A stretch of 64,000 bases of DNA from Malacoraja senta. Taxonomy: Eukaryota. A program made the translations under genes and the position numbers. The notes below the pieces were generated by a model. That model was not told the DNA's origin. It saw only the letters and a program-made list of their open reading frames with translations, and searched no databases. Of the stretch, positions 50,182 through 63,997 are shown one piece after another; position 1 is the first letter of the stretch, and every line of letters begins with the position of its first letter. The stretch is taken from positions 20,338,001-20,402,000 of the forward strand of contig CM075989.1 of the NCBI GenBank assembly GCA_038087875.1, given 5' to 3'.

Positions 50182-51480
50182 TGGTGAGCATAAAATGTGT
50201 GCAAGAGTATAATTTAAGAAGTGCTTTCATTCATTTTTACTATCTACTGATCTTGAGCAACAGTTAAGTCTGCAAATTTCCTGAAAACAAAATATATCAG
50301 TGTCCACAACAGTAAAACGCTTGAAAGGTATGCTGATTTTTTTTTTAAATTTTGGCTGGGATACAAAAGCCAATTTCCTAAAGTTTTCGGGACTTGTCTG
50401 GAAATAAAATTACTCTGTCTCCCACATTACTGTGAATTTCTAAGAAAGCTTATTGTGCTTTTAGTTAATGACCTTTATGTTCAACATACAACATTACTAC
50501 ATATTGCAATACTACATACCACAACAATAAGCCAAAATAAATTGTTGCATACTCTTGCCAGTATTATAGACACTAAATGCATTGCAGCCAGACGAGAAAG
50601 TACGACTGAGTTTTTTCCTTTTGTTTTCATTTTGTTAGAAGTTCCTATGACAACACTGGTCAAAGCCAGAAGTTAAGAGTAGGTACATTTTCTTCTTCAA
50701 GAGTGCTGCAGAGTTTATTTGAAAACATGCTTGTCATTTGCCTATCAATTCTTATATTTTTGTTTCATATCTCAGATGCAAATACTAATTATGCAGCACT
50801 AATTATCCAGAGTCATTCTGTCTCAGCCTCGTTGAGGAGACTGAATAACCACCCTTTCACAAGGCTAGTGAAAAAGGCACAAAAGCAGGAGTAACTCAGC
50901 GGGTCAGACAGCATTACTGGAGAACATGGATAGGTGACGTTTTGGGTCAGGAATCTTCTTCAGACTGATTGTGGGGAGGGGGAGTAAGAAGGTTGGAGTA
51001 GCTGCCTTTCACAAGCCGTTAGTTCCCTCCAATGTTAACAGTTAATGCTAACACTTCTCTTGTTTCTAAATATAACTTTTCTCATCTTCCAACCCCACAA
51101 CTTGGCTCAGCCCCTGGTTATCCTTCTACACCTGCCTTTAATTTAGCACTACTTTTTTTCCTCTGGCGTCCTCTCTTCAAGCTTGTACATTTAATGCAGA
51201 TCATTTTACCACCCTTCCTCCCTCTCCCGAAATGGTTGAGTCATCCACTTCTGTGCACCCTTGCAGTTTATGCTGGTAATTTTCATGCCCCTATTTCAAA
51301 GCACTGATTCTTAGACGGCATTACTTCAGTTTTTTCTTCCATTATTCCCCATTCACCCAATTCCTAGCCTTCCCTCTTTGTTTTACCTCCTCCCCATGGC
51401 ACCACATTGCTGCTAATGGAAATGGTTCCATTACCAATGGAACTGGTCTGAAGAAGGGTCTCGACCCAAAACGTTTCATA

Positions 51481-52205
51481 ACTGACTCTAAAAGCTTCTT
51501 TAGATATGTAAAAAGGAAATCTCTTACAATCAGAGACAGGTGATATTTTTAAAGGGAAACGAAGAAATGGCAGAACAGTTAAACAAGTACTTTGTTTCTG
51601 TCTTCACTAAGGAAGACGCAAACAATCTCCCAGAAATACTGGGGGACCGAGGATCTAGTGGGAAGGAGTAACTGAAGGGAATCCTCATCAGTCAGGAAAT
51701 AGTGTTAGGTAAACTGTTGGGACTGAAGGCAGATAAATCCCCAGGGCCTGATGGTTTGCATGCCAGATTACTCAAGGAGGCGGCCCTAGAAATCGTGGAT
51801 GCATTGGCGATAATTTTCCAATGTTCTCTCGACTCTGGATCAGTTCCTGTGGACTGGAGAGTAGCCAATATGACCCCACTTTTTAAGAAAGGAGGGAGAG
51901 AGAAAACGGGGAGTTATAGACCAGTTAGCCTTACATCGGTAGTGGGGAAGATGCTTGAGTTGATTGTTAAAGATGTTATAGCAGCGCATTTGGAAAGCAG
52001 CGGCAGGATCGGTCAAAGTCAGCATGGATTTATGAAGGGGAAATCATGCTTGACTAATCTTCTGGAATTTTTTGAGGATGTAACAAGTAGAATGGACAAG
52101 GGAGAGCCAGTGGATGTGGTGTATCTGGACTTTCAAAAAGCCTTTGACTGTGTCCCACACAAGAGATTAGTGTGCAAAATTAGAGCACATGGTATTAGGG
52201 GTAGG
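51481..52205 (+). mobile_element. CR1 LINE internal fragment (RT N-half)
   Basis: Contains KSPGPDG, YRPVSLTS, QHGFMKGKSCLTNL and YLDFQKAFD. Confidence 0.92.
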
Positions 52206-53746
52206 GCCTGCAGCTCATTTTATAAAATTTATATCTACCTATTTTCTTGTAAAGTATTTACTTTTCGCCTTTTGCACATAAATGCTTACAAGCTCATTTA
52301 AATGTTTGTATTGTTTCCAAACTGGTCAAAGCCAACATCGTGACAATTGCATTTTTAGCCATTGTCCTTTCCTAAGTTAGTGCTTTGCTGTGGATAGGTT
52401 ATTGTTTCTTCGAACAAAAAAGATTGATTTTAAAATGTTAGAGTTAACATGAGAATGGCCCATAAACCAATGATGCATGTAATTAATTTTAAACGTGGTT
52501 ACTTTTATATTTATGTTTCTGAGGTCCAGGAAGATTGTCCTATCCTGAAATAAATTTTGAAATTTGGAAAGATGTTCAATTCTCTGGTAATACAGAATGG
52601 AGTGTTTCATTTTAGTTGCAAAATATACCGCGGCAGATTGCAGTGATGCAAACTGACCTTGTTATCCACTTGAGTTTCATATGATGCATTTATCCTGTTC
52701 TGGAGTTCTTCTACACAATCAGACTTCCTGAGAATCATAAACAGACTTCCACTTCTTTTGCCTGCAGATCATTCAGTGAATAGAATAACATCCTTTCAGC
52801 AGTGGTGCATCTGATAGCAACGGAAATGGGGCCTGAATGTAGTTTTGGTGCCTTTGTTTCTCACACACACAGACAATCATTTTAATGAATCTGTTTTTTC
52901 CCTTTTTCAGTGTGTTACATTTTTCATATTCCCTGAACTGTAATGTTTCATCTGCCCGTGTAAGTGAAAAAAATGGTGTAATTATTTGTCAAGCATATTG
53001 TTTATTGAATGGGAACTTGGTATTGAATATTATTTAGATTTACTTATCGTGTAAAAATGCAGCAGCCTATTGGTGATCTTAATAGCTAAACTCTCATTGC
53101 TCAAGGAAATGTTGAAAGCAAAAAAGTAAAATTTTTGCACGTATAATCTTTCCTCTGACTGGATAGCAGGTAACAAAAAAGCTTTTCACTGTACCTCGGT
53201 AAACGTGACAGAAGACTAAACTAAACTAACAAATTCCTCTTTGAATTCCTTCCAGTCCGAATCCGTCAATGTGTTTTTTTTTTGTTTCTGGTTAGATTAC
53301 TGGTGTATTCTACCTCCCCTTTCCCCAATAATGCCTTGGTCCACCTCACTGAATTCTGGAAAGGCTGTGGAAACCAAATGTCATTCATCGAGTTTGTTGG
53401 TTGATTCTAAATTAAATGGGTTGCGAGTGTGGAGGAGGATTTTAAAAGGATTCAAGAGGATAAGGACCAGCTGATTGAGTGGATGAGAAGACTGGAATAA
53501 AATGCAGAAAAACATGAGAACATAGCAGAAAGGACCTAGGGGTGCGTGTGCACACGTCGGTGAATGCCAGAGTGTAGGTACAAGTGAATAAGAGGACTAT
53601 GGGATATTAACCTTGATTACAAGTAGGTTTGCTTACAGTAGTAAGGAAGTCTTACTGCAATTTGATAAAAACCTGAGACTGTATCTGAAGTATTGCGTGA
53701 AGTTCTGATTTCCTTAGCCAAGAATGTACTTGCCATAAAGTAAGTG

Positions 53747-54480
53747 CATGGGCGGAAATCCCGGGGTGAAAAGGGGGACACGCGTCTTCCCCCCCCCCCC
53801 CCCATGTTTTTGAGAGGTGGGGGACAACCCCCCCCCCCATGTTTTGTAATTCGGTGAAAAAAAACGATGAAAAATCTCTGCTTTCCGCGAGACAGTGGGG
53901 GTGGGACTGATGATCGAGGGTGCCGGCAGGCAGTTGGGGGGGGGACATGATTCAGCGCGATGATTGGAGGAGGGAGGTGTCGGTCAGAGGCTGAAGTTGG
54001 GGGGGTGGGACTGAGGATAGAGAGCAGTGATTGGAGGAGGGAGACGTCCTGGTGGAGCAAAGATGATAGAGCGGAGCTTGAATTGGCCCGTTCGCGGGGC
54101 CTTTCATCGCCCGGCCTGGCGCGGCCTAAAATTGTCCGTGGGATTTTTCCATCGCCCCGTGGTCAAATAGCTGCGTCGAGGCGATCGAGGCTCCCGATGT
54201 TGAAGCCCCCCGCTGGGTGATGGAAGATCCCGTGGCTGGTTTTAAGCCGTGCCGGGCGATGAAACGCCCCGTGAATGGGCCGATTCAAGCTCCACGATTA
54301 GGGGCGGACAAAGCGGTTATTGCTGGAGTTCGGAGTCGGACCAGGTGAGCTCCTGATGTTATCGTCCACAGGGCCCAGGGCTGAAGCCTCCGAAGCCTCG
54401 CCCTTGTGTGTGTGTGTGCGCGCGTGCGGCACCAAGGAATTGTGTCCGCCCCCGTGTTCTGACAGCGATTTCCGCTCCTG
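53747..54480. mobile_element. hAT-like non-autonomous element inserted in an old CR1 relic
   Basis: Left TIR CATGGGCGGAAATC versus right (rc) CAGGAGCGGAAATC. 8-bp flanks AGTAAGTG and TGGAAGTG (6/8 match). GC-rich interior. Confidence 0.7.
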
Positions 54481-55815
54481 TGGAAGTGTAACAAAGATTT
54501 GCATGTCAGACTCTGGGGATAGTGGATTTGGCATGAAAGGGAAGATTCTGGCACTATCTTCTCCAGAGTGGAGAAGAATAAGAGCTCTTGTTAAAATATA
54601 CAAAATCATTAAAGGATTTAACAGGTTGGATGGGGGAGAAGACATTTCCCATAGGTGTGCAGTCTAGGGCCAGGGCACAGTGTTTCAAAAGAATGGGTAG
54701 GCCATTTACGACTGATTTGAGGAGAAATTTGTTCAGAGGGTGCTGAAACTTAGGAATTCTCTACCCAAGTGGTCTGTGGTGGATGTGGGTCATCGTGTTC
54801 TTCAAAAACAACTATTTGTATATCATTGTCAGGATATGAGGTTAATTTTGGAATGTGGCACTGTGGTAGAAGATCATCTATGGCCTTAATGAATTGCGGG
54901 CTTTATGGATTGCTCCAGCTCTCTTTCATGTTCATTGAAAATAAGATGAAAGGAGATGATGTGAAAATCATACCCAACCATATTTTAATAATATTTGGGA
55001 ACATATGATCTGTAAATGTGTACCTAGTGAATCATGACTGAAAAGCATAAAAAAATACTCACACAAGGAGCTGCTGATGCTGGAATCTTGAGCAAAACAC
55101 AATGTGCTGGAAGATCTCAGCTGGTCAGGCAACATCTGTGGAGGGAAATAGACTGATGATGTTTCAGGTCGGGACCTTTCTTCAAAATGTTCAAGCTGTA
55201 TTGGTTCTTTGGTTAGGGTGGAGGAGGAGAGTTCATTTTAATGCCCCACCTGGACTCGCACATATTTTTCCTCTCCTTCCCTTCCACCTACATTCCTTCC
55301 TCTAGCTTCACAATTTTTCTCTAGCTTCAATCTACCTTCCTCTAGCTTCAATCCTTTTCTCTCACACCTGCCCTTTCATCTCTGGCCTTTGTCCGTCCAT
55401 CGGCCAACTAAAAACACCACTCACTTGTATCACCCCTCTTCTCTTCTAGCTTTCTGCCTAGCCCCCCGCCCCTCCCACCTCCATACAATTAGTCTAAAGA
55501 AGGGTCCCAACCTGAAACATCACCTATCCATGTTCTTGGAGATACACAAAAATGCTGGAGAAACTCAGCGGGTGCAGCAGCATCTATGGAGCGAAGGAAA
55601 TAGGCCCGAAACGTTGCCTATTTCCTTCGCTCCATAGATGCTGCTGCACCCGCTGAGTTTCTCCAGCATTTTTGTGTACCTTCGATTTTCCAGCATCTGC
55701 AGTTCCTTCTTTAACACATGTTCTTGGAGATTTTACATGACTTGCTGAGTTACTTCAGCACTTTGTGTTGTGTTTTTTTTGTCATAGTTAAGATTGTTAT
55801 TTTTCTCGGAAACAG

Positions 55816-56022
55816 AAATTGGAGATCTAAGGGAACTGCAGACCCTCGATGTCTCAGCCAACTGCTTGACTCTGTTGCCAGAAAGTCTGCACTTATGCGT
55901 TTCTCTTGAGTATTTGGCTGCAGATCGGAACCAGCTTAAAGATTTACCTCGGCAGCTTTGCACGCTTCCAAACTTGAAAGAACTCTCCGTAACTAGCAAC
56001 AAGTTAAAATGTTTACCACAAG
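55816..56022 (+). CDS. LRRC28: LRRC28 coding exon 5 (gene continues beyond window)
   Basis: Encodes EIGDLRELQTLDVSANCLTLLPESLHLCVSLEYLAADRNQL...NKLKCLPQ (three LRRs). 207 nt, donor GTGAGT. No later exon was recognised in the window. Confidence 0.95.
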
Positions 56023-59000
56023 GTGAGTTTCATGCATCGTTTTGTTAATGAGTAATACATAATTTTTTTTTAATCCAAATGTGGAAAAATTCAGTTAACC
56101 TGTATTCCGGATCAGTTTACTATTAGTTAAAGATTCACAAATAGTGAATGAAAATAAAAAAAATCTGCAAATGTTGGAAATAGTGTATCGGCATCTCAAT
56201 TCCCAAACTATAATTGAACACTTTAAAAAACATTTAATTCCCCAAGCTTTAGTGTATCCAAATGGATGCCACTGAACTGATGCAGTATATTATTTTCATT
56301 GAAAATTGGTGGTTAGAACCAAGGTTCAGCTTTAGTGGGTTAAAGGTTGAGGGTCTAGGGTGAGATCACCTGAAAGGATCAAAGGGCTAATCTATGTATG
56401 GAACCAGGGGATGAGCAAGGTCCTAAATGAATACTTCTTATCTGTATTCATCAAGGAGAAGAAAAATAGCAAGTTCAGGGAGGGGTAAATTGATAGTCAG
56501 GAGTATGTCAATGGTAGACAAAAGTGCTGGAGAAACTCAGCGGGTGCAGCAGCATCTATGGAGCGAAGGACATAGGTAACGTTTTGGGCCGAAACCCTTC
56601 TTCAGACTGATGTAGGGTGGGGGGGTGGGGGTGGGGAGAAGAAAGGAGAAAGGAAGAGGGTTCTCCCCACCCCCACCCTACATCAGTCTGAAGAAGGGTT
56701 TTGGCCTGAAATGTTCCTTCTTAAACAGGGATATGTCAAAATTAAGAATAAGCTGGAATAATATGGAACAAGCTGCCAGTGGAGGTAGTTGAGGCAGGGA
56801 CTATCCCAACATTTAAGAATCTGTTAGACAGGTACATGGACAGGACAGGTTTGGAGGGATATGGACCAAATGCAGGCCGGTGGGACTGGTGTAGCTGGGA
56901 CATGTTGGCCGGTGTGGGCAAGTTGGGCCGAAGGGCCTGTTTCCACGCTGTGTGTCTCTATGACTATAAGAAGGGGAAGGTGTTGGATGCCATGGAGCGC
57001 ATAAGGGTTGATAATTCTCCAGGACTGGATGAGGTTTAATCCAGGATACTCTGGGAAAGAGGGGAGAAGATACTTGGAGCCCTGACAGAGATTTTAACAT
57101 CTTCATTAGCCACATGTCTGAGCTAGCAAACTGGAGGATAGCTAATGATGTTTCTTTAAGATGTTGGACAGAATACTGAGGAGATTCAGCAGAATACTGC
57201 CTGGATTTAGTTTAGTTTTAGAACTTTTGTTAGGAGGAAAGATTGTGTAGGGTGGGTTTATTGTCCTTGATGTTCTGGTGGTTGAACGGTGACCTGATAG
57301 AGGGTCATAAAAAACATGAAAGGCAGAGAAAGAATAGATGATCAGAATCCATTTCTCTTGGTAGGGCTATAAAAAATGTAGGTAGTATTTTATGGTAAGA
57401 CCAAGTTTTAAAGGGGAAATGAGAGGAATGCTTTTTAATGCGTAGAATGGTTAATATCTGGAGTATGTTGACAGAGTAGATGGTGAAATCAGACACGATT
57501 ACAATGTTTAGGAGACATTTAGACAGGCACTCAAATAACTAGGACAGAAGGATACGGATCTGAAGTGGGCAGATAGGATAATCATGTAGGAAGGAACTGC
57601 AGATAGACAATAGACAATAGGTGCAGGAGTAGGCCATTCGGCCCTTCGAGCCAGCACCGCCATTCAATGTGATCATGGCTGATCATCCCCAATCAGTACC
57701 CCGTTCCTGCCTTCTCCCCATATCCCCTGAGCCGTATCTTTAAGAGCCGTATCTAGCTCTCTCTTGAAAGCAAAGATAGACACAAAATGCTGGAGTAACT
57801 CAGCGGGACAGGCAGCATCTCTGGAGAGTAGGAATGGGTGACATTTCGGGTGGAGACCCTTCTTCAGACTGAAGATAGGATTAGTTGATGGACAAAAAGG
57901 TTGGAATGGACATGATGAGCTGAAGGGTCCATTTCTGTGCTGTATAAGTCTGTGATCCTGAGACTGACCGCACAGCAATCCCAGTGCAACACTTTGTTAG
58001 TAAAAGATGGCAGTTCCCAATAGCAACCAAGGCTGGTCAGTCCTGAGTTAATCTGGTCTGAATTCCCTTGGAGTGCTGCTTCTTGTCGTGTCGCTACACT
58101 TTTCCAAGCCACTGCATAACACAGGCTCTGGCACGTGGGTTGAAGACCTTGCGATCTTCTGGTTTGCAGGGCTCTGGGAGTATGACTGTCATCACAAGGA
58201 TGAGACATGTGTGGCACTATTGTCTTGCTTTGACTCTGATCTGAGTAGGTTTTCATTCCAGATTTCCACCACCTATTTAGCCTTGAGGGAAGCAGAAATT
58301 GCTTAAGTCAGTTACAGTGTCATTGTGAAAACACATAGGAGTTGAAATAATTACTGTATTTCAGTATTGACTCCATTTTAATTGAACTTCTCATTGTGCA
58401 CTTTAAAGACTTGTACCTCATGAAAAGTGCACAATGATTTTTGTATTAAAATGCAATTGAAATTCCTGATTTTATTAATTTATCCAATACTATAAATGTA
58501 TCAGTATATGATACTGATCATTTTATTTTCATACTAATTTACAGCTTATTAACCACGTAAATTATCCATTGCAAATGGAAATGAGCCATGTCTAAAGTGG
58601 TCATCTGTCTCATTATTTTTTGGCATTTAGCCTGTGAAGTGTGACCAGTTAGTTGATTTGAAAATTATTATGTGCACTCCTAGTGGAATCAGATTTGATA
58701 TTAGGTCATGTACAAGCATTTAATATTTCAAGTTAGTCATATGCGACATAATGCCTTAAACCCTCCACTATGAAATGGTAAGGTGTCATTTTGTTATTTA
58801 GTACAAAAAAGGTGAATATCACTTACTATCTCAACTGTTATTGTGTTCCCTCGAGAAATTTTTCATGTCTGCTAATTGATTAATAATTAATTTTATCAAG
58901 TGTAAAGATTGAAAATCAAATATGAAGAATTCATCTTGTTTATAAAGGTTGGGAAATAGCTTTTTTCGATTTTCAAGACTTCACTGCTTCAGATCTAGAG

Positions 59001-61960
59001 GCTAAAGTGAACTGTTCAAGAATCTGAATGATATTTGAACTGTCCAGTGTAAACTTTCTGCCTTTAGGGTTTACGATTTATCCACTAGTACATTGCCACA
59101 GCCACAAAATCCTATCATGCTTGAAATCACCAAAAGGATAAGAAATTTTCATTGGGATTTCTAGTGCATGTAGTCGACAAGTAACGATGGCTTCCTCTGC
59201 TGCGACCACAAGATGTGAAATCTTTATTGTATAGTGAGCCAAATAGCCAAATTTACAGTTACAAATCGATCTAATTGAAAAAAATCTGGATGAAATTTTC
59301 TTCAACAAAGTTGAAATGGCCTCATTTCACTTCCCAAAGTTGCCTGGAACTAATTAACCTAAATAGCACTTAAAGTTGGCCCATCTAATTCCTTAAATAC
59401 ACAGTCAACCAAGAGAGAAGGTTAATATGCATTGTTAATAAACCTGTCCCTACTGGGTGACTAAGTGTGAATGATTTTGAGCAGATTTTTTTGTGTTGTG
59501 AAGCAATTCTCCATTATGTGTATCCAATGCTTGCTTTGCAATACGCTCCTGAATACATTGGCAAAATAGTGGTAATTTGCTGTTAACACAATTTCCTTAG
59601 TGAAGCGTTGCTCTTGGAGTTGGATAAATGTGATGAAAAAGCAGTTGGACGTGATAATATGGCATTGGGCAAATTTATTTACATTTATTTTTTTCTATGT
59701 GAAAAAAATATCCAGAAAAACTGTACTTTGTGGTTCATAATATATTTTTCTTAATCTAAAAATTCTAGGTATTGTTTATTACAACATGCTTTCATAGACT
59801 GGCGCAACACGAAACAGGCCCTTCGGCCCAATTAATCTATACTGAGCTAGTCCTGTTTGTTTGCGTTTGGCCCATATCCCTATAAAACCTTTCCTATCCA
59901 TGTACCATATCCATCTTGCAAACAAGAAAGATGAGGTATTAAAAGTAAGGTAGTATTCTCTGTCCTCACTTTCCACATTTGCCAAAATTTTCAGCATTTG
60001 CTTGACCCATTTTATCTGGCAATTAATTCCTACATTTTTGGGAATTTAAGGAGCCTTGGCTGAACAGGAGAAGTTGATCGGTTTTAGTTGCCTCATGATA
60101 GTGGATTGGTTGTGCTGATGTGATGATTTGGAGGGTTTGGTAAATCAGATGAGGACAAACTTGTGGTGCCAGACCTTGGGATAGAATATATCAAATGCTA
60201 GCATGAAGGAAGGAGGGATGAATTTGGAAAACAAAATAGTAATGCTCCCCAGAATTATTGAGCCACATATATTTATGATCTCTTCTTACAGAACAGATGG
60301 TCTTTCAGATCTCAATGATAATTAGATTTTTGACTTTTGTGCTAGGAAATATTGGGGGTTTCTAACGGAAATTCTCTGGAAATTCAGCAGAAATCCTGGA
60401 CATATGGTTGACATAAATGCTAATGTATGCCATCACATTGGTGTTTACAGTAGAGTTTGAGTAGAAATTGCAAACTCCACTTTTAATGAGCACATTTTAT
60501 TTTATGTTTGCTTAATAAATTGTCATGCCTGTGTAGACTGATCTCTGTTTCATGATTCCAATCAGTGTGTTGCTCCTGACTGGACTGCAGTCTGTTCCAA
60601 CACACACTGAATAGGTCTCGATGTTAACGTTTGGAATTTTACACAAACACAAGTCTGATATCAGATTTTAGTCAAGAACAAAAGTCCTTATAGATCTTTG
60701 CTTTCCTCCAAAGAGGGAAGACTTGTAAACAACTTTTAGAATATTTGGAACAAGAATTGAATTTAAATACCCATTACAAAGTCATGAAGCGGTCTCTATA
60801 CATTGCATGAATAATCTTATTCCAGCTAGAAAATGTAGCAGCTTGCCCTTGGTCAGATTGTAGAGACAGACTGTTACCTGTGAGGAAAAATATCAAGTTA
60901 AGCTTCCATGCTTCAGTGACAGCTTTTAAGTGCAACCCTTTTCACAGATACTCCAAAGGTGCAAATAAAATGTTTGACCTAAATCATGAGGTGATGTATC
61001 TAAATGTTTAATGCTATTATTTTAAAAAAATCTTAATTTGAGGTCTTTGTCAACAAGCTGAGGTAATAAATGAAAAATGAAAGAACACTGCTATGATTCG
61101 TTGTTTCAGATTTGATTTTAGACTGCGTGTAATTTTCATTTCAACCATTCAAAAATGAAAAAATAATATATAATATATATTGATTTGCGCGTTTAATTTA
61201 GTTAAATGTCCCAGATATGTTCAATTCGGAGTAAACACAAAGAGATGGAACGACAGCAGGTTCACTCCCCGTTAATTTTATTTCCTCCTGTGAGGATGCA
61301 CCTGCCATTTACTCCATACCTACGCACAGCGGCATGGAAAGCAGCACGTGGAGAACAAGGGAACAAATTCACATCCTGTCTCAAATGAAACAGAATGTTA
61401 GAGTTCCAACACGCTGTGCCACTGCACCTGCTGATGTCGAGAAACATTTTGGTTGTTAATCTTCCATTGATGTTATTTCATTATATGAAAAATGAGAGCG
61501 ATTCCATAGTTGATCCCTTGGTTGTTACAGTGATCCAATCACTTGTTAACTCTTCAGGTGATTTTAGTTTTGTTTGCTTGAGGTTGGCCTTTGTTTCCCT
61601 TCTATCAATCATTTCATGGCCTTTTATCTTCTCATTTGATTTAAGAAAGATATTTTTTTTGCAACTTGTTAGCTAAACACATTTCTTTTGTCTGCGGTTA
61701 TCAGGAGAAGGCTGGCTAATAGGGTTGAGGGGGCGAGTTAGATATGCCATAATTAATGGCAGAGTAGACTTAATGGGTCGAATGGCCTAGTTCTGCTCCG
61801 ATAACTAATGATGAACTTATGAATTTTGTAGGATCATAACCTAGTCCATATCTCCACGAGTTGTCAGTAACATAAGCAATGTTACTGTCTTGGAAAATGC
61901 TGAGCATAACAATGTGGTTTGCTAGACGCACAACAGAATTCCAGACTTTAGTTACTAGTT

Positions 61961-62152
61961 TGTCAGAATGAACTGCAGATGCTGGTAAAATCGAAGGTAG
62001 ACACAAGACGCTGGAGTAACTCAGCGGGTGAGGCAGCATCTATGGAGAGAAGGAATGGGCGACGTTTCGGGTCGAGACCGAAAACGACGCCCATTCCTTC
62101 TCTCCATAGATGCTGCCTCACCCGTTGAGTTACTCCAGCATTTTGTGCCTAC
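61961..62152. mobile_element. Penelope-derived inverted-repeat insertion
   Basis: Long hairpin of the same family. 15-bp TSD CTTTAGTTACTAGTT (61946-61960 and 62153-62167). Confidence 0.75.
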
Positions 62153-62432
62153 CTTTAGTTACTAGTTAATCTATTGGAAGACTTCTTCAAAACCTGGATT
62201 GGCCATTGTTCATGCATAGCATCCGCTTGAGATTCTTGAGCAATTGCTTCAGGCAATCCATAGTATAAATAAGATCACTCATCTTATTCAATTTATTGAA
62301 CAGGTCTTCTAGATCAATTGTTTCTCCCCTACCATACGTTAGTGTGTTTTACTATCACTATCCTCTTGTTTGGGAAATCTGCCAATGAACATGGAAGATC
62401 TCATCTCTAAGTGAACATCGTGTACCATGATC

Positions 62433-62570
62433 TTCTTTGACTTTTGTGTGGCGTGCACAGCCTAAAGTTGTTGGACAACTTGTTCTATTTGACCTTCCGT
62501 TTGTGCACGTCGAGTTGATTGCATTAGTCGAAACAGGGCAGACCAAGTGAAAGTTGCAATCTTCCACCCC
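62433..62570 (-). mobile_element. Short non-autonomous retroelement with ribozyme head and RTE-like tail
   Basis: Flanked by the 13-bp direct repeat GTGTACCATGATC (62420-62432 and 62571-62583). 3' end GGCTGTGCACGCCA..AAAGAA. Homologous to 34858-34984. Confidence 0.8.
62517..62570 (-). ncRNA. Minimal HDV-like ribozyme, copy 2
   Basis: Minus strand reads GGGGUGG AA GAUUGCA ACU UUCACUU GGU CUGCCCU GUUUCGA CUAA UGCAAUC. This parses as P1, P2, P3, L3, P3', P1', reduced P4, J4/2 with catalytic C, and P2'. Confidence 0.8.
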
Positions 62571-63677
62571 GTGTACCATGATCATTTTGTTCCTGTAAAT
62601 GAAAAATGGCCTTCTCTCTCCCTTTAGTTTTGCTGTCATTAACTGGATCCTACAATATTGGAGCAATTACAATTCATTTTCTGACGCTACTAATGCAGTG
62701 CCATCAGTAATGTTATCACTGTTCCTTTCAGGTTGTGTACAAGATAAGAATCCAGACAACCCCCATGTTACATTGAATTAATTTAATTCACATATAAATA
62801 GTTTCTAAAATAAAGCATTCGCTGAGAGCCACTATTATTTTGTGATTTTTCTTTTTGTTTTAGACATCTAATAGTTTCTACAAAGTTGAGGCGCGCGAGA
62901 TTGCAGGTGTTGGAATCTGTGCATAAAAAAGGAGAGCAGCTGGAGGAACTCAACGGGCCAGGCAGCATCTGTGGAGAAAAATGAACAGTCAACGTTTCTC
63001 CACAGATGCTGCTTGGCACATTTTGCCCTTTATTGAGAACAGACTATCGCATATTAGTCCTTGGGAACCGTCAAACAGCATGTAATTTACATCACACGTT
63101 GAACTGGTGTTAATTTTTCATTTTGATGTCTTCATAATGTTTATTCTGTATGTAGAATCTTTCATCCATATTGCGACTCAAATTGCTATTTAATATTTGG
63201 TTTTGACAAGATATTAGTGAAGCACTTTGGTCCAATTTTATTCTCTGATATTATGAAATAATGTTTACTCCCTAATGTCTACTCCACCATTCAATAAAAT
63301 GACTGATCTTTTCCCTCCCCTCTAATTCCCCGCACTAACCTAAAAATACCAGTTTTGATGTTAATAGTTAGAATCAATGGTTTATTTATAGACAAAAAGA
63401 TGACATTATGCATATCAAATAAAAAATAAACATTTATAAACAATCGTTTTCTATCAATACGCTAATATGTGGCAAATGCAGGAAAATGATTAGCGTGGAT
63501 AAATAGTTTGTCAAAATGGATGAAAATGGCTTAATAGCGTGTTTCTGCGCTGTGTGACTCTCTATGAAGAGTATCAAGTCTTTGAAGTTGGCTTCATTAC
63601 TTTCAAAAGAGTAACCATTTCACCAGTAGGCAATTCAATTGGAAAGATTCTTTCAGCAAGTTCCCAAACAAGGTATC

Positions 63678-63997
63678 TCTGGCACAGCTGGTTGAGCTGC
63701 TTTCTCACAGCACCAGAGACCAGGTTTTGATCCTGACCTTGGGTGCTAACTGCATGGAGTTTGTATGCTCTCCCTGTGACCACGTGGGTTTCCTCCAGGT
63801 ACTCCAGTTTCCTCCCACATCCTCAAAACGTGTGAGTTTGTAAGTCAATTAGCCTCTGTAAATTGTCCCTAGTAGGCATTGGATGCAAAAGTGGGATAAA
63901 GAACTACTGTGAATGAGTGATCGCTGGTTGGGTGGTCGTCGGTGGGATGGAGGGCCTGTTTCCAGCTGTATCTTTCAATCAATTCAATTCAATCAAT
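63678..63997 (+). mobile_element. tRNA-derived V-SINE-like element (older subfamily)
   Basis: Same head and central domain as the other V-SINE copies, with a (TCAAT)n-type tail. Confidence 0.75.
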
